From Octopus vulgaris (Eukaryota), in assembly GCA_951406725.2 (NCBI GenBank), contig OX597814.1:24552001-24616000 (forward strand): a stretch of 64,000 nt of DNA, given 5' to 3'. Shown piece by piece: positions 11,962 through 25,407 of this stretch; positions within the stretch are counted from its first letter, which is position 1; each line of letters starts with the position of its first letter. The notes under the pieces were generated by a model. It ran no database searches and had not been told where the DNA came from. It saw only the letters and a program-made list of their open reading frames with translations. The position numbers were made by a program, and so were the translations under genes.

Positions 11962-13316
11962 TGTACATCTGCTCAAGTGGATCGCGATAGATTTGGCTTG
12001 CATACAATATCAACTATATATAATCCACTGGGTCTTTTAAGGTAGTTGGAGCATTTGTAAGCAAGCTAGAAAAGCATTTCAATATTATAAATATTGGTTT
12101 GTGCATACAAGAGAAACAATGGCTTTGGTTTAAACATTTGATTTTTTAAAAAAAATCTATCTATTTAACCATTATAGAACTTATAAGTCTGGTAACATTC
12201 ATGTGGTTGATATACTTAAACTCCTACTGCTTGATTCCTGGAGGAAAAGTAAGGACAGAGAAAGTTTTCATAGAGTTACCATAATGAACACGAAGGGTCT
12301 AATAATTGATTAGTATTGAGTTTCTGAAGTGAAAAATCAGTAGCATTGTTAAGTAGAGAAGAGATGGGTTTTTTGGTGGCACATAAAAGGGCACCATCCA
12401 AGCGTGATCGTTACCAGCATCGCCTTACTGGCACTTGTGCCTGTGTTAGTAAGGTGCCAGGAGCACCATCCAAGTGTGATCGTTGCCAGAGCAGCCAACT
12501 GGCTTCTGTACCCGTGGCACTTAAAAGGGGACCATTCGAGCTTGATCGTTGCCAACGTCGCTTCACTGGCACCTGGGCCGGTGGCATGTGTAAAAATATT
12601 TGAATGAGGTCATTGCCAGTACCGCCTGACTAGCCCCCATGCTGGTGGTACATAAAAAGCACCAACTACACCCTCCGAGTGGTTGGCATTAGGAAGGGCA
12701 TCCAGCTGTAGAAACTCTGCTAGATCAAGATTGGAGCCTGGTGCAGCCATCTGGTTCGCCAGCCCTCAGTCAAAATCGTCCAACCCATGCTAGTATGGAA
12801 AGCGTACGTTAAACGATGATGATGACAATGCAAGCTAGTGTACAGATGCTGGATCAGCTGTTATAAATATTTGAGAGACAGATAGTAGCGATAGTGGATC
12901 AGTAAGACAGTGGTTGTAGCATGTTGAGTAAAGGTTTACTAACCAGTCAAGACATTTTTGCAATGCAGTCTAGGATACCTGAGTGCATATAGCAGCTTCT
13001 ATGTCCCAGTTATATGAGCAGCTGTTAATATACTAACCCAGGTCATCTGAATAAGTTATCTGAGCAGTTGCTGTTACTGATCCTAAGTCACCTTTAACTG
13101 AACAGACCTTTGATCACAAGCATTCCAGTATATCTGTATATCTGCTCAAGTGGATCCTGGCAGATTTGGTTTGCATAGAATATCAACTGTATATAATCCA
13201 TCGGGTGTTTTAAGATAGTTGGAGTATTTGTAAGGAAACTAGAAAAACATTTGAATATTAGAGATATTGGTTTGTGCATACAAGAGAAGCAATGGCTTTG
13301 ATTTAAACATTTGATT
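11962..13316 (+). repeat. Diverged ~180-bp direct repeat (11962-12143 and 13135-13316)
   Basis: Colinear ATCTGCTCAAGTGGATC..AATATTGGTTTGTGCATACAAGAGAA..TTTAAACATTTGATT with scattered substitutions. Confidence 0.9.
12375..12825 (+). mobile_element. Family D element: tandem ~60-bp units, GGAAGGGCATCC domain and RTE-like (GAT)n tail
   Basis: About 4-5 units of GGTGGCACATAAAAAGCACCAT..CGTTGCCAG..CTGGC, then the conserved tail AACCCATGCTAG..GTTAAACGATGATGATG. Confidence 0.85.
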
Positions 13317-14336
13317 ATTCAATCAGACTGTGTATCAATGACTACTTTAATGAGCTATTTTCTTTAGATGGTGGGGTCTGATATGATGGTGTTATATTTT
13401 CAACCTAGTGGCCTATTGGAACTTCACTTATTGACTCATAGATTAGCAGTACTCTTGTAAGATAACTTTTGGATTTGCAAAGAATCCAGAAACAAGCATA
13501 TTATAAAAGAAATTGAATTGATGTAGCTGGATTAGATCTTTGAAAGCTATGCTTCGTGTATAAAAGAATTTAAGAGAGAAATCTTTCAAGTAAGAATGAT
13601 TTATGAAACACACTCTATTTCATAGTATTACAAAGATGAAGCCATTAAAATGTGTTGTGATAATTATGGCTGTGAATTGTGGACAATAATAATAAGTTCA
13701 GTATAATTTATCAGGATATTTTAACTTAACATTCTTCTGAAGTCAATTATTTTAAAGAAATCTATACAAAATACAATCATCAGTCAATCTAGGGCTAATT
13801 ATGAGTGGATGCTACTTGAAAAATATCTTTGTTAGCTGTGTATATCAATTTAAAATTTTATTCCAAGTTTTCTGTTAGTCAATCTCTCTGGTTTTCAATA
13901 ATAATGGCATGATTGCTTTTCGAATGTGGGAAAAAAAAATTACTAATAAAAGAGGTAAGAAAATAAAACTATTTATAAACTGAAATTTGGTTTCTGTAGA
14001 TTTATTTTTGTTCTATTTCTTTGTAATCTCGTTGCTCTTTTTTTTTTCTAATTTTCTAATATTTTCTTATACCATATATGCATTCATAACTATTTTACTC
14101 AATAAAAAGGCAGCTATCTTATATCTTAACCCCTTCACTTCCCACAAAAAAATCACCAACACGATTCCATTATTCATTGATTCTAGGTAATTTTTTTCTT
14201 TACAATTTATTGAATAACAGTTTTCTACAATAATCTACATAAGTAGATGAGAACAATTACTTGAATTTTGAATTTCCTGAAACAGCTTGAGAAATGTAAT
14301 TTCCCCCTAAAATTGGATTCTCTAATACATATTATC

Positions 14337-14346
14337 AAGATTATCC

Positions 14347-14425
<79 letters not shown>

Positions 14426-14460
14426 TATTATCATTATTATTATTATTATTATCATCACTA
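14337..14460. repeat. (ATT/ATC)n microsatellite
   Basis: Directly visible; explains the poly-Ile ORFs. Confidence 0.95.
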
Positions 14461-16544
14461 TTGCCTCATCTTATTATTAATACTTCTATAAGTGGCAATA
14501 CTTTTTAATTTTCAATAACCTTTGGCAATTTCCAAAATGTCATAATACTCAGTTAGATAACTATCTATATTTCACAGGCATTCGAAGTTAATAACATATA
14601 AAATGTTTTGAGGGGAAAAATTGAAAATAAAATTGGTGTAATATAATAAAGTTTATTATCCTTATTAAAGGATATTCAAAATTCTTTAATTATTTAAAAA
14701 CAATTTTCAAAAATATTTTTCTTTTGTTTCGGTCTGACCAAAGAAAATAATAGTGACAGTATTGAATATAAATTTAAATTGTTTCTTCCATGCCAAAGTA
14801 ATTTACAATCCAGTTTTAACCATATTATCTTCTTAACTTTTTTCTTTTTAATTGTAATATTATCTTGGAAGTTTCTGTTTCAGACATTTTGTAACCAGTT
14901 GAAATACAGAGCAATTTAATAATGAAGATTAAAATTAGAATAAAATTGTTTATAAATTTGATAAGCAATCTCAGCATGCATTCTTTTAAATTCTGTTGCC
15001 ATTGTCTATAAAACATATTCTTACAATTTTAGTTCACTTTTAAAAATTTTATTTCTTCTTGTTCTTCATATGGAAAATAAAGAAGTCTGATGGAAACAAA
15101 ATTAAATTAAGATTTGGATTTAAACATATTTAATATTGATAAAATGAAAGACTTTTGAATAATTTTTCTTCCCTTTCTTTTAATTTCTTTGTAAATAAGG
15201 TTATAGAAATCTTGATATATGGATTTGAAAAGAACAAATATTGGAGGTAATTTTAAAATTTGCTATTTCCCATTCTTGTGAAAATACAGTGCATATCTGC
15301 ATGGATACATAAACCTCCAATCATTTATTATTTTATGAACTTAACACAATCCACAAACTCAATACTGTCTCAATGTGTGAACTCTATATTGCTTCATATG
15401 GGGCAAATATCAGTGCCTTGCACTAAAGCACTAATGTATGTCATTAATTGAAACATAACTAAACAAGGATGCTTCTACATGGTTGCTTAATCTGCTAAAA
15501 AAAGCACAGCTGGATCAGCCATCTTAAGGACACACAGGATCATAGAGTCAACATTCCCTTAAAAGGACATAAGGGTTGTGGCTGAAATACCTTTGATCAC
15601 AAGTTCCCTCAGTCAGACAGACTTGGGGGTTAAACAACAGAACAACTACTACCACTTCAATAGCAACTAACACTTGGAACATTTTGTCATAGAAAAAGAA
15701 ATTTTATAATGGAATGCCAAATACACTGTGCCTGGAAGAAATGGCAAGATGGTCACAACTGAAACATCTCTGACCACAAAGCTGTTTGAATGAGACGAAC
15801 TGGATTACAAATAAGTTATCTAGAATAGAGTTCAGTGCTGTTTTACATTGAAGCTAAACAGTATTGATTCAATGCTACTGCAGTATGACATCGCAGTTAT
15901 AATGGTGTGTGTGTGTGTGTGCGAGTGTGCATGTGTGCATGTTTTCTTACCTGTCTGCATTAAAATTAAATTGATTTCTTTTGAAGCTGTCAGCAGAACA
16001 ATTTTCCTTTGTAGATGTCTTTCCCTGTGCTCTCTCAGAAGTAGACACAATACATATAGATATGCTATCTGCATAGATTATTTAGATATAATTTCTATTA
16101 TATGTAAGCTGTGTAGTTTCAATTTAAGAAAATTATAGTATTTTTCAATAATTTGAATTTTTACTCAAACAAATACTTACAAATACTTTTAAGTAATTTT
16201 TTGTATCTTTTGTAAATATTTTAAAGTATGATGGATAAAATGGTTACTAGATGATTGAAAATGTATTATAAACCTTTACAATAGAAAAATGAGAATTTCT
16301 GAACTTGAAAATCTGTCACAGTTACATCATTCTTACCCTGTTATAGTGTGCAAGCACCTGTTACAACAAGATATGCAAACTGAAGTTCATAGAAGTAATT
16401 TTCATTAATCTAAAATATCTCTCTTTTCCAACATACAAGCAACGGGTTGTAGATACAACTTTTAATTTTATAACAGTAAAGATCCTGAAAACAAGTAGAA
16501 ATCAAGTTAGAAGTTACAAGAGGTATTGCAATTCAAAATTTGAT

Positions 16545-17007
16545 GACTGGCCTCCATGGTAATGGAGCGCTAAGAGTACCATACGAGCATGATCGTTGCC
16601 AGAGCAACAAGCTGGCCTTCGTGCTAGTAGCATGTAAAAAGCACCATTCGAGTGTAATCATTACCTGTGTTGCCTTACTGGCACTTGTGCTGGTGGCACA
16701 TGAAAAAATATTTGAGCCAGGTCATTGCCAGTGCTGCTGGATTGGCCCCTGTACAGGTGGTACATAAAAAGCACCATTTGAGCGTGGCCATTGCCAGTAC
16801 TGCCTGACTAGCCCTCGTACCGGTGGCACATAAAAGCACCCACTATGCTCTTGAAGTGGTTGGCATTAAGAAGGGCATCTAGCTGTAGAAACTCTGCCAG
16901 ATCAAGATTGGAGCCTGATGCAGCCATCTGGTTCACCAGTCCTCAGTCAAATCGTCCAACCCATGCTAGCATGGAAAGTGGACGTTAAACGATGATGATG
17001 ATGATGG
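16545..17007 (+). mobile_element. Family D element
   Basis: Same tandem units and tail as 12375-12825. Confidence 0.85.
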
Positions 17008-18187
17008 CTAGCATTGAACATTTCTTGCATGATGTAAAGTTTTTAATTCATTTTTAATAATCAGTGTTAAACATTTAAAACTGTTCTAAAAAATCATGTT
17101 TTCAGCCTACCAATCTGTCGGCACATTTATGACAGAGTAAAGACAATTCACTTCTACTCTGAGAACTATTAAAGCTAGTGTTTGATACCAGTTTCAAAAT
17201 AATTGCATGTATATGAAATAAAGAAATATCTTCTCTGCATAGGAGATCAGTTTTTAATACAAGTTAAAATTCTCAGAATATTTGTTATAGAAGAAATAAA
17301 CCATATTAGGATTCATTGTACTTTCAAGAAACATTAAAGAAAGCTTATCGTATATATGTAATTGTAACCCATAAGGAATAATCAAAGACTTTCACTTAAC
17401 CATCAGTTTTGTACCATTTATCAATAATAATAAAAGTGTCCTGAAACTTCATCGCCCTGAATGCATAATTATAAAATTGAGTGAGTAATTATCTTTCAAT
17501 TAAGTCCAGACCACGAAATATTCTTCACTATAGAATTTGAAATCAAGCCAAAAGCAGCATTAGATCCCATGACCCTTGGATTGGTGATAGTGCAGCAACT
17601 TAACTAGACAGCTATTTAACACGTGAAAGAAATAGTTGATGTAAATTTATGCAATGCTTGCTTAAAGGATGAATAATGTCAGCAGTAACTTTGTTGTAGT
17701 AGTAAAGCAGGCTTGTTTGTCATTTACTTCCATACGTAGAAATGTAAGCCCCTTAAGTTATTGCAGTATTAATTTATTTACCTTTGCATTATTGTCAAGA
17801 TATTTCTCTTATTTTATACATTTAATTTATTTTCATACAAATTGATAGGCAGAGATTTGTCACGTTGCCAAAGTCTCATGCATTTATTAGACCATGTCTG
17901 GTTCAATAAAATTGTCTCAGTCCAGATAAGCTACGCAGTCCTTGTCTGTTAATGCAGATGGTATCAGAGATGTTCCATATGCATGCTGGATTGGATGCAA
18001 TCCATGACTCATAGCTGTAGACTGGTTGTGATGACAACCAGTGATGACAGCCATAGATAAGAACAAAGTGTTAAAATGTAAGCTAGGTAGCTAGTCAGAT
18101 ATTCTTGTAGATAAAAGAGACAAACCTGACAACTAAGTGTGAATCTCATATACTTCTTTTCACTTTCTTCGCTTTTATCATTATTTT

Positions 18188-18310
18188 TGTTGTTGTTGTT
18201 GATGCTGTGGTTATGGTTGTTGTTGTTGCTGCTGCTGTGGTTGTTGTTGTTGCTGCTGCTGTTACTGTTGTTGCTGCTGTTGTTGTGTTTTTGCTGTTGT
18301 TGTTGTTACT
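18188..18310. repeat. (GTT/GCT)n compound microsatellite
   Basis: Directly visible. Confidence 0.9.
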
Positions 18311-21300
18311 AATTGCACAAACTCACACTCAACAAGGATGATAAATTCTAACATTAAAATTTAAAGGAAACCTGTTTTTTTAAAGCGAATGTCATTGGTG
18401 TAATGAATCATTATATTTCTTGTTTCCACACCTTATCAATACCATTATCATCAACATAATGTCTTTCATTATCTTTTTAACAGGCAAATTCTATATAATC
18501 CTGTCTCTGGTTAGTTATTCAAAATACTTCTTTGAAGTTAGATATCTGTAATATCCTCAATTTTTATTTTCCATTTCCCTATTTCATTCCTTTTCTCTTT
18601 CTATGTGAATACATTTATATGCACATGTGTGTCTGTGTTTCTATATGTATATTTATAAGTATGTGGGTTTGTATGCATGAATGTATATGTGTGTTGTGTT
18701 TGAATAGAATATCTCTTTCTTTATAATGGCATAGATGAGTTAGTTTTCAAATTTCGACGTTTGTATGATTGTTTGCAATCATAGCAGTTTTACAACTAAA
18801 TAACTTAATCCTCTTTCTAATTCCACTCTCTGTATTATGAAGTAAAAGTAAAAAGTGTTAGATCAGTCTTTGGTACTCGAGTTTAAAAAGCTATATGCAT
18901 CATCATATTTCTGTCATGTCCTCAAATTAAAGAACTTGGAAATTTATTCACTTATTTATTTACTTTTTTGTATCAGTTTGCATTTAAAATACCTGATTCT
19001 AATGTCTGTAATGTCTTGTGTGGTTAAGAAATTCACTCTCTAAACACATGAATCTGGGTTCAATCTCACTTGTTAGCACCTGTCTTACCAATGCCTTGCA
19101 AGTCGAATTTAGAGGATGGAAACTGTGCAGAAGCCCTTCATTTATTCATACATAGGCCCTTAGGTAAACATTTTCTTCTATTGCTCCTGGACAGCCAATA
19201 CTTAGGACTATAGTAAAAGTATGTGAGGATTTTGGTGGATGTAAGCTGCATAAAAGACCATTATATGCATATACATGTGTGAGTGTGTGTATGCATGTGA
19301 GTGTATGTGTGTATTTGAGTTTATGTGTCTGTGGGAAAGCTTAAATGGAAAAAATAAGGGAAATAGCTTAAGTAGTGTAAGGAAACTGTTGAGAGTGAAT
19401 TACACAGATCTTAAAACTCAGCAAATTGATTCTCAAAATTTTGTAACAACTAAGATAACATACTATGTACTATAAAAAGTTTAGAAAAAAAGCATGGGCA
19501 TAATCTAAATTAATTACTTGAAAACATATTATGTACTATAAAAAAAAATTAGGCATTGTTATATTTAAAAGAATATATTACACAAGAAAATTGGGCTTAA
19601 TCTCATTAATTTGAAACATGTTTTAATTAAAGAACTAACATATAATAATGAAAGTCTAGCTGCAAAAACAATATCAGAAAAATAATTCAGAAAAAAACTC
19701 ATACGAACCAAATGGAAATTTATCTACACATACAAAAGAAAATATTACAAATTAATACAAAACCAAAGTGATAATCCAAAACTTTTATCATAAATTTGGT
19801 GAAAATTGGGTGAATCTTGGCTTCTTGCTCAGACCTACAATGCTTTATACAGTGATAGTTCTGTATATCATAACTTTTTTCTTTAGATATAAACACTATT
19901 TATTTAAATACAAAGGAACATGCAAAAAGAGAGGGAAGAAAGGATAAGAAAGAAAATAAAAAGTAATGGGAGGATGGTAAAACAGCAGAAGATGGAGGGA
20001 GAGGAGCCGATGGGCCATGTACCCCAGAACAAATGATGTGCTCAGCTACACCCTGCTGTAATGATCACAATAGCATTGCTGTGGAAAATAGCATGTAACA
20101 CACTACAGGAGCCACCCTACCTTGCAGGTTTCATTTCTCCGATGGGCCACTGTTATCCCTATGCTTTGGGATAACAGACATCCAAGCTTTGGGTTGACAA
20201 CCAATGAACAGGGAAAAGAAGACATCATCACATATTCAAACTTGCTCACAAAAATAATATTTGTTCATGTCCTTAGCAAGCTTATATTTTTTTGCAATAG
20301 TATCATTATTTATTTCACACATTTTTCATTTTATCTTTTTACACATAAGTAAAATGTGGAAAACATAAAGTTCAGGTATTAAAGAAATAAATCATTATTT
20401 ATAGTGTCATCCAACTAACAGCATTACTGACTAAACCAAACAATTTCGAAGTAAGTTTTGCAAACCTAGACTGAAACTTAAATATTTGGCAATTATTTGA
20501 ATCTCACCAAGTAAGAGTTTATTTACAGACTGCTTTACAAAAATAAATGATAAAAGCTACTATTATAAATACTGATGGTTAATATGATGACAGCAGTAGT
20601 AGTAGTGGTGGTGGTTGGTGGTACTTAAACTGCCAATAAAGAAAACAGTAAGTTTCCTTGTCGTATTGATGGTCATGATATTTTTTTATTTTTTTTCATG
20701 ATGATGATGATGATGAGGCAATTATAATTGTCCAACTTATAATAGTGCTGTTGTTTTTATTGCTATTGTTGTTGTTGTTGTTGATGATGATGACCACGAC
20801 GACAACGATGATGATGATGATGATGATGACTGATTGATTGATTGACAAAGACTGAGATATATCAATATCAATATGGCGTGCTAATCTAAAGTCCTTTGAT
20901 GATAAAAGGAATATGTCCAACTAATTTTATTACTGTTGGAACCGTTTATATAAGTTATATCGTGAAAAAAGAAATATCATACCAATACATGAAACATTAT
21001 GACTGCTATGGTAGAATTAATGTTCAATAATGTATATTATGCATTTATTTGTATAGATACAAGTATTTGAAGGCTTTCGGTTTTTTTTTAATATTTTTTT
21101 GGTTCTTCTCTTTTTTTTTTTAAACTCTATTTCAATTTCAGAAGCTGAATTTGTTTCCCCTGTTTCTTCAGAAATAGCAATTTCACAAACAATTATTTTT
21201 CAGCGTGTCAAAATCTGTATGCCTCAGGATGGTTTAGGGCTGAATGAAGAAAAATATATTGAGAGATTAATAAATAGAACTAAAATAAATAACATAGTAA

Positions 21301-21545
21301 CGAAAAAAATATATCTAACAACTTGACAGGATTGTCATAGAGTCACTGCAAGACATAGACATCAAAGACTCATGATAGAAAAGATGAAGAAGAAAAGTTG
21401 TTGCAATCGTTAGTAATAAAACAGGTGAACTACAAAGAATTCAATATTTTCTTCAAGAAAATTCAGCAGCGAGAAGTTGATTTTCTTCAACCTGAAAGAA
21501 AAAAAATAGATTCCTTTAGCTCCTTTGCTTATCAATTTCTATTTT

Positions 21546-21730
21546 TTCATCATCATCATCAGCAGCAGCACCACTACCATTACTACCATCAACAACACCA
21601 CCACCATCATCATCATCAACATCATCATTATCCTGACCACCATGGAGACAATGATGATACTGACAACAACAACGATGACCACTACCACCTCATCACCATC
21701 ACCCCTATCAACATCATCATCATTATTATT
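21546..21730. repeat. (CAT/CAC/CAA)n low-complexity tract
   Basis: Directly visible; source of the poly-His, Ile and Thr ORFs. Confidence 0.9.
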
Positions 21731-22186
21731 GCTCTTTATATTCATGTTTATATATCTTATATATTTCATATTTATTGTAAAAGCAAAAAGGAAAAAAGGA
21801 CATGATATACAATATCTGAAATTCCACTCACAAACATTGTTATTACAATTTTTTATTTTATTTTATAAGATGTATAGAAGGATAAGAAACTGTAGCTTTG
21901 ATCTATGTTCAAGAAAGATACATTAAAGAAATTTCCCTTCATTCTCAAAACTAATAATTGTTTAAACTTTGGAGCAAGGCAGGAAATTGGAGTGGTTGGG
22001 TGGTTGCTTTCTCTCACCTCAGTACTTGACTGGTATTATATTTTGTCGGCCTTGAAAGGATGAAAGGCAATGATGACTTAGAAGCTATTTGAACTCAGAA
22101 TTTCAAGAAGTTGACATCATTGGTTTCATACTCCCAATGTATAGTGTTCTAAATCAGGTGTAATCTTCAATGAAAATAAAATAACA

Positions 22187-22463
22187 GAGGTCGTCGCCAG
22201 TGCTGCTGGACTGGCTCCTGTGCAGGTGGCATATAAAAAGCACCATTTGAGTGTGGCCGTTGCCAGTCCTCCCTGTGTGGCCCTCGTGCCGGTGGCATGT
22301 AAAAGCACCCACTACACTCACAGAGTGGTTGGTGTTAGGAAGGGCATCCAGCTATAGAAGCTCTGCCAGATCAGATTGGAGCCTGGTGCAGCCATCTGGT
22401 TCGCCAGACATCAGTCAAATCGTCCAACCCATGATAGCATGGGAAACGGACATTAAACGATGA

Positions 22464-22467
<4 letters not shown>
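22187..22467 (+). mobile_element. Family D element (2 tandem units)
   Basis: Same tail as the other D copies, followed by (AT)n. Confidence 0.85.
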
Positions 22468-22508
<41 letters not shown>

Positions 22509-23554
22509 ATGCATGATAACAGTGATAGATAACAACAACAACAATAACAGCAATGGAAATAGCAGCAGAGCCATCGCCAATGACATCTATAACAGCAGTG
22601 ACAGCACCTCCATCAATGACGATGACCATAACAACAGCACCGTTGCCAACACTAGTAGTGATGGCACCAACACAGTCGCTACCTCCACTGACATCAACAC
22701 CATGAGCACCAGTAGCAATAACAGCGGTAGCAGCAACACCAACAGACACAGCACCACCAACACCTAACCATGGAGAGGCATCAATTGTAGTGGAAACATA
22801 TTCAAACAACACCTCTCCAACCACAGATCCTCCTTTAGCATGCCGGAAAGGAGATATATTACATCATTATCCAGCCATGTATAGCAGCTGAAAGATGTAT
22901 TTACTGAATTGGCATAGAAACTAAATTTAAATTGACATTTTCTTCATTTCTCTGCATATTCTACATTTTCTTATTTTTATATATGAAAATATTTAAACAT
23001 TTTGTTTAGCGTGGGACATACACAATATCATGGAGAATCTAGAATATCCAGGCCCCAACATAAATGGGATCAAGCTGTGTAAATTATGTATAGCAGAATG
23101 GGCAAGGATTCTAAAGAACTCCCTCAACCTGAGGAACAGCCTTAACTCCAGAACAGACGTCTTTAGACTGTGCTTGCATTTCAGGAAATTCCTGCTGGCC
23201 TACTGAAACTCACAAGATAACAGGGTCACTTGTGATTGATAGTCAAAGGAAACAGTCCCCTGTTGTTTTTATTGAGTAGCGAGGTCCTTTCCTTCTCCAT
23301 ATTCTAGAGAGGCATTAAGCCAACAGGTTTTGGAATCTGATGATACGCTGTAAAGCTAAGTGCTTTATGGACATGAAAGCCAGGGTAATCCCATTAGCCA
23401 GCCTTATCTAAGTTTATTTATATAATATATACACATAATATATACATATATATACATACATACATATATATATATAGATATATCATTCACCAAAGCCACA
23501 TATCAGAGGATGATTCAAATAACAGTGTATCCCAGCCAATGGTGGTACCAATTA

Positions 23555-23860
23555 TGAATGACCATGAGATTGCACCTAGGAATTTCCCTGCTGAGGCACA
23601 AGTCCAGGCAAATTTGTTTATGGAAGTCTAGCAGTCACCCATGCATACTAGCCTACCCTCTCCTCACTACCAATCTTATCCAAGGGAAAGGCAAAGGCCA
23701 ATACAGCTCGGCACCAATGATGTTGCAACTCATTTCTACAGCTGAGTGAACAGGAGCAACATGAAATACAGTGTCTTGCTCAAGAAGGCAACACAGCCCA
23801 CTCCAGGAATCAAAGTCACTGCCTCATGATTGTCTGCCCATCACTCAAACCACTGAACCA
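23555..23860 (-). mobile_element. SINE family G (B-like head and core, different tail)
   Basis: Colinear with 55082-55375; shares GAACTGGAGCAACGTGAAATAAAGTGTCTTGCTCAAG with family B. Confidence 0.8.
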
Positions 23861-25407
23861 TACATGTAAGTGTGTATGTATAGAAATATATGCATGACTT
23901 TTTTTTACAAAGTTTTATCCACAGGTGTGTTTAGTAAACCTAAATCTAAACTGAATCATCTACAAATAAACAATGCTGTAAGCAATTAACACTGCTGTTG
24001 CTTGTTTGTATAACAATATGCTCGTTAGTGAAATATATTTACTAAAATTAATATATATGTGTGTGCATGTATGTTTATGTGATTGTGTATGAGGGAGAGG
24101 GAGAGAGTATATGAATAAGCAATATATTCATTAGATCTACAAAATCGGTCCAGTTTCATTATGGTATACTCTAGTCGAAAGCTGGCTGCTAGCCAGTCAT
24201 TTGCAATAAACGTGTACATGTTTCACTTGTATTCTGAATACTAATATCAGAGAGTTTAGAGAAATAAAATGATTTGTTTTATGGCACCAAGTATCTTGTC
24301 ATGATAATTTATTTGTTTAAAACTCCGAAACAATCATTTTCACAAGTTCTGCCAGAAAATATTCTGAGATTCACCTTTGTGCTGTGAAATATAGGAATAA
24401 CAATGGAAAAACTTTTTTGTGTACATGCTTTGATAGTAGATCATCAGATACAAACTGTATCCCTACACTCAACAACAAAAATTTCAATCACTTTACTAGT
24501 TTTCATTTCATCTTCTATCCTTACTTTTAGTGCAGGCTGCATAAACTACAACTCAACAATAGTTACCCTTGATTGCATCTTCATTAGACAGCAAAGTACA
24601 TGTTTTGCAGAATTCAGTAGCAGTCAAAAAGACAATCAAGTGAAGAATTTTCTTATATTATAATTCAATGACACTTCACCTAGTTGTAGATTACATGTTG
24701 TAACTGCTGATGTATATCAAGGTGGGAATATTTGAGAGTTATTTATTTCTTAAATTTCTTCCAACTATATTTCATAAAAATTCCTTTAAGACTCATGATT
24801 GAATTTGGAATAAACACTCATACAAGTTTGTTCTCTAGAAGTTGCTCAGAGGAATGCAGAAGCTTATGAGTAATCTTCTCTTCCTCTGAATGCTCAGTCT
24901 GAAACTGCAGTTAAATGTAGATATTGACACCCTTAATAATGAGCATATTTTTGCCATCATAATTAAATCAGTTTATCAATAATGTTGCTATTTTGTGCTA
25001 GTTTCTACTATGATCTCACTATTTGTCTAGCAAAGAGGAGAATTTGCAACAAATGTATTAAAAGTCATACATTTTTTTATGAGCATGTCAGTGAAAAAGA
25101 GCCACTACAACAGTTAAGATTGTATCCTAACTACAAGAGCACATCAAAGAAATGGAGTAGAAAAAGTTACTAACATGTATTGGGTTAGCAAATGCATTGA
25201 TGATTTATTCAATTTGTGTAGTGTCAAACGTTTCATAGACAAGAATATTTGTAAGAATCTTTCATTCCCAACGTCTTTGAAAATTTACTGAATTGACATA
25301 GAAACTGAATCTAAATTGACTTTTTCTTCATCTCTCTGCATATCCTACATCGTATTTTTATATATGAAAACATTTAAACATTTTGCTTAACATGTATTTA
25401 TATACAA

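Noticed and set aside
12375-12665. CRISPR-like array
   Set aside because: The units are diverged whole-unit tandem repeats without unique spacers, and they are part of a dispersed retroposon with several copies.
17987-18004. TGGATTG/CAATCCA hairpin as a miRNA precursor
   Set aside because: The stem is only 7 bp and I could not extend it to pre-miRNA length.
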